From positions 1-35,723 of IMG/VR virus record IMGVR_UViG_3300033076_000903: a DNA stretch of 35,723 bases. One strand, given 5' to 3'. Numbering within the stretch: position 1 is the first letter of the stretch; each line of letters starts with the position of its first letter. Below are positions 35,508-35,723 of the stretch, in pieces. The position numbers were made by a program, and so were the translations under genes. The notes beneath the pieces were generated by a model. That model was not told the origin of the DNA. It did not search any database and was given only the letters and a program-made list of their open reading frames with translations. The DNA is from a virus. Lineage: Duplodnaviria; Caudoviricetes.

Positions 35508-35680
35508 ACATCAACTTTGAACGACTCAGACTGCAAATGCACTTTAGACAGCTCTACGAAGCCTTAGGAGCTCACGACGCTGAATTGTTGATTGTAGACG
35601 CTTTTCAGCGAGAGTTGGCCAGACACGATACCATTCAACTTGCTGAGCAGAAAGCTCGCGATCAGTTCGTGAATGAATGA
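35504..35680 (+). CDS. Small helical protein (58 aa, MNINFERLRLQMHFRQLYEALGAHDAELLIVDAFQRELARHDTIQLAEQKARDQFVNE)
   Basis: GTGA overlap with the upstream stop; amphipathic pattern. Confidence 0.6.
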   Translation: MNINFERLRLQMHFRQLYEALGAHDAELLIVDAFQRELARHDTIQLAEQKARDQFVNE

Positions 35681-35723
35681 TCCACTCACGATTTTTCCTA
35701 CGGTAGCAAACAACGGTATAACG
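35544..35723 (-). CDS. Junction-spanning minus-strand ORF, variant allele lacking its start codon (RYTVVCYRRKNREWIIHSRTD...RLRRAV)
   Basis: Open frame from the window end to TAA at 35546-35544; antisense to the 35504-35680 ORF. Confidence 0.45.
   Translation of the reverse strand, partial: RYTVVCYRRKNREWIIHSRTDRELSAQQVEWYRVWPTLAEKRLQSTIQRRELLRLRRAV
35610..35685. repeat. Terminal direct repeat, copy 2
   Basis: Identical to 1-76. Confidence 0.95.

Noticed and set aside
35686-35723. Divergent copy of 77-114 as a diversity-generating retroelement TR/VR pair
   Set aside because: The mismatches are not adenine-specific on either strand and no reverse transcriptase is encoded. Strain variation or an assembly bubble is the simpler explanation.

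Overview
The window is an apparently complete ~35.6 kb podovirus-type phage genome: positions 1-76 recur exactly at 35610-35685, followed by a divergent 38-nt tail. About 31 kb of the + strand is a virion module: small and large terminase, portal, scaffold, DUF5309/SU10-type major capsid, adaptor, two Asn/Thr/Gly-repeat fibres, a Gly-rich protein, nozzle, a large tail protein, ejection proteins (one with a lytic transglycosylase domain) and a terminal Dps. The remaining ~4 kb holds small, mostly minus-strand genes: GNAT-like, HNH-like, DUF3820, and an unknown protein containing an origin-like repeat cluster. I recognised no DNA polymerase, primase, helicase, SSB, RNA polymerase, sigma factor, integrase, repressor, holin or endolysin. 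The most striking signal is the hexamer TAAATA, which resembles the T4 gp55 late promoter TATAAATA. It sits at 14 gene boundaries on both strands, and in 7 cases lies 4-6 nt before a start codon, which implies leaderless mRNA. At four sites it is preceded by CCWGG exactly 16 nt upstream, and at a fifth by ACAGG at the same spacing. Only one clean host sigma70 promoter was seen, driving a secreted protein. Working hypothesis (inference): this element builds its own virion but depends on a T4-like or other large helper phage for transcription, and possibly for replication and lysis. A ~165-nt structured ncRNA candidate and a possible antisense gene overlap at the genome junction were also seen. 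All motif counts were made by eye and all family assignments are from motif recognition, not database searches.
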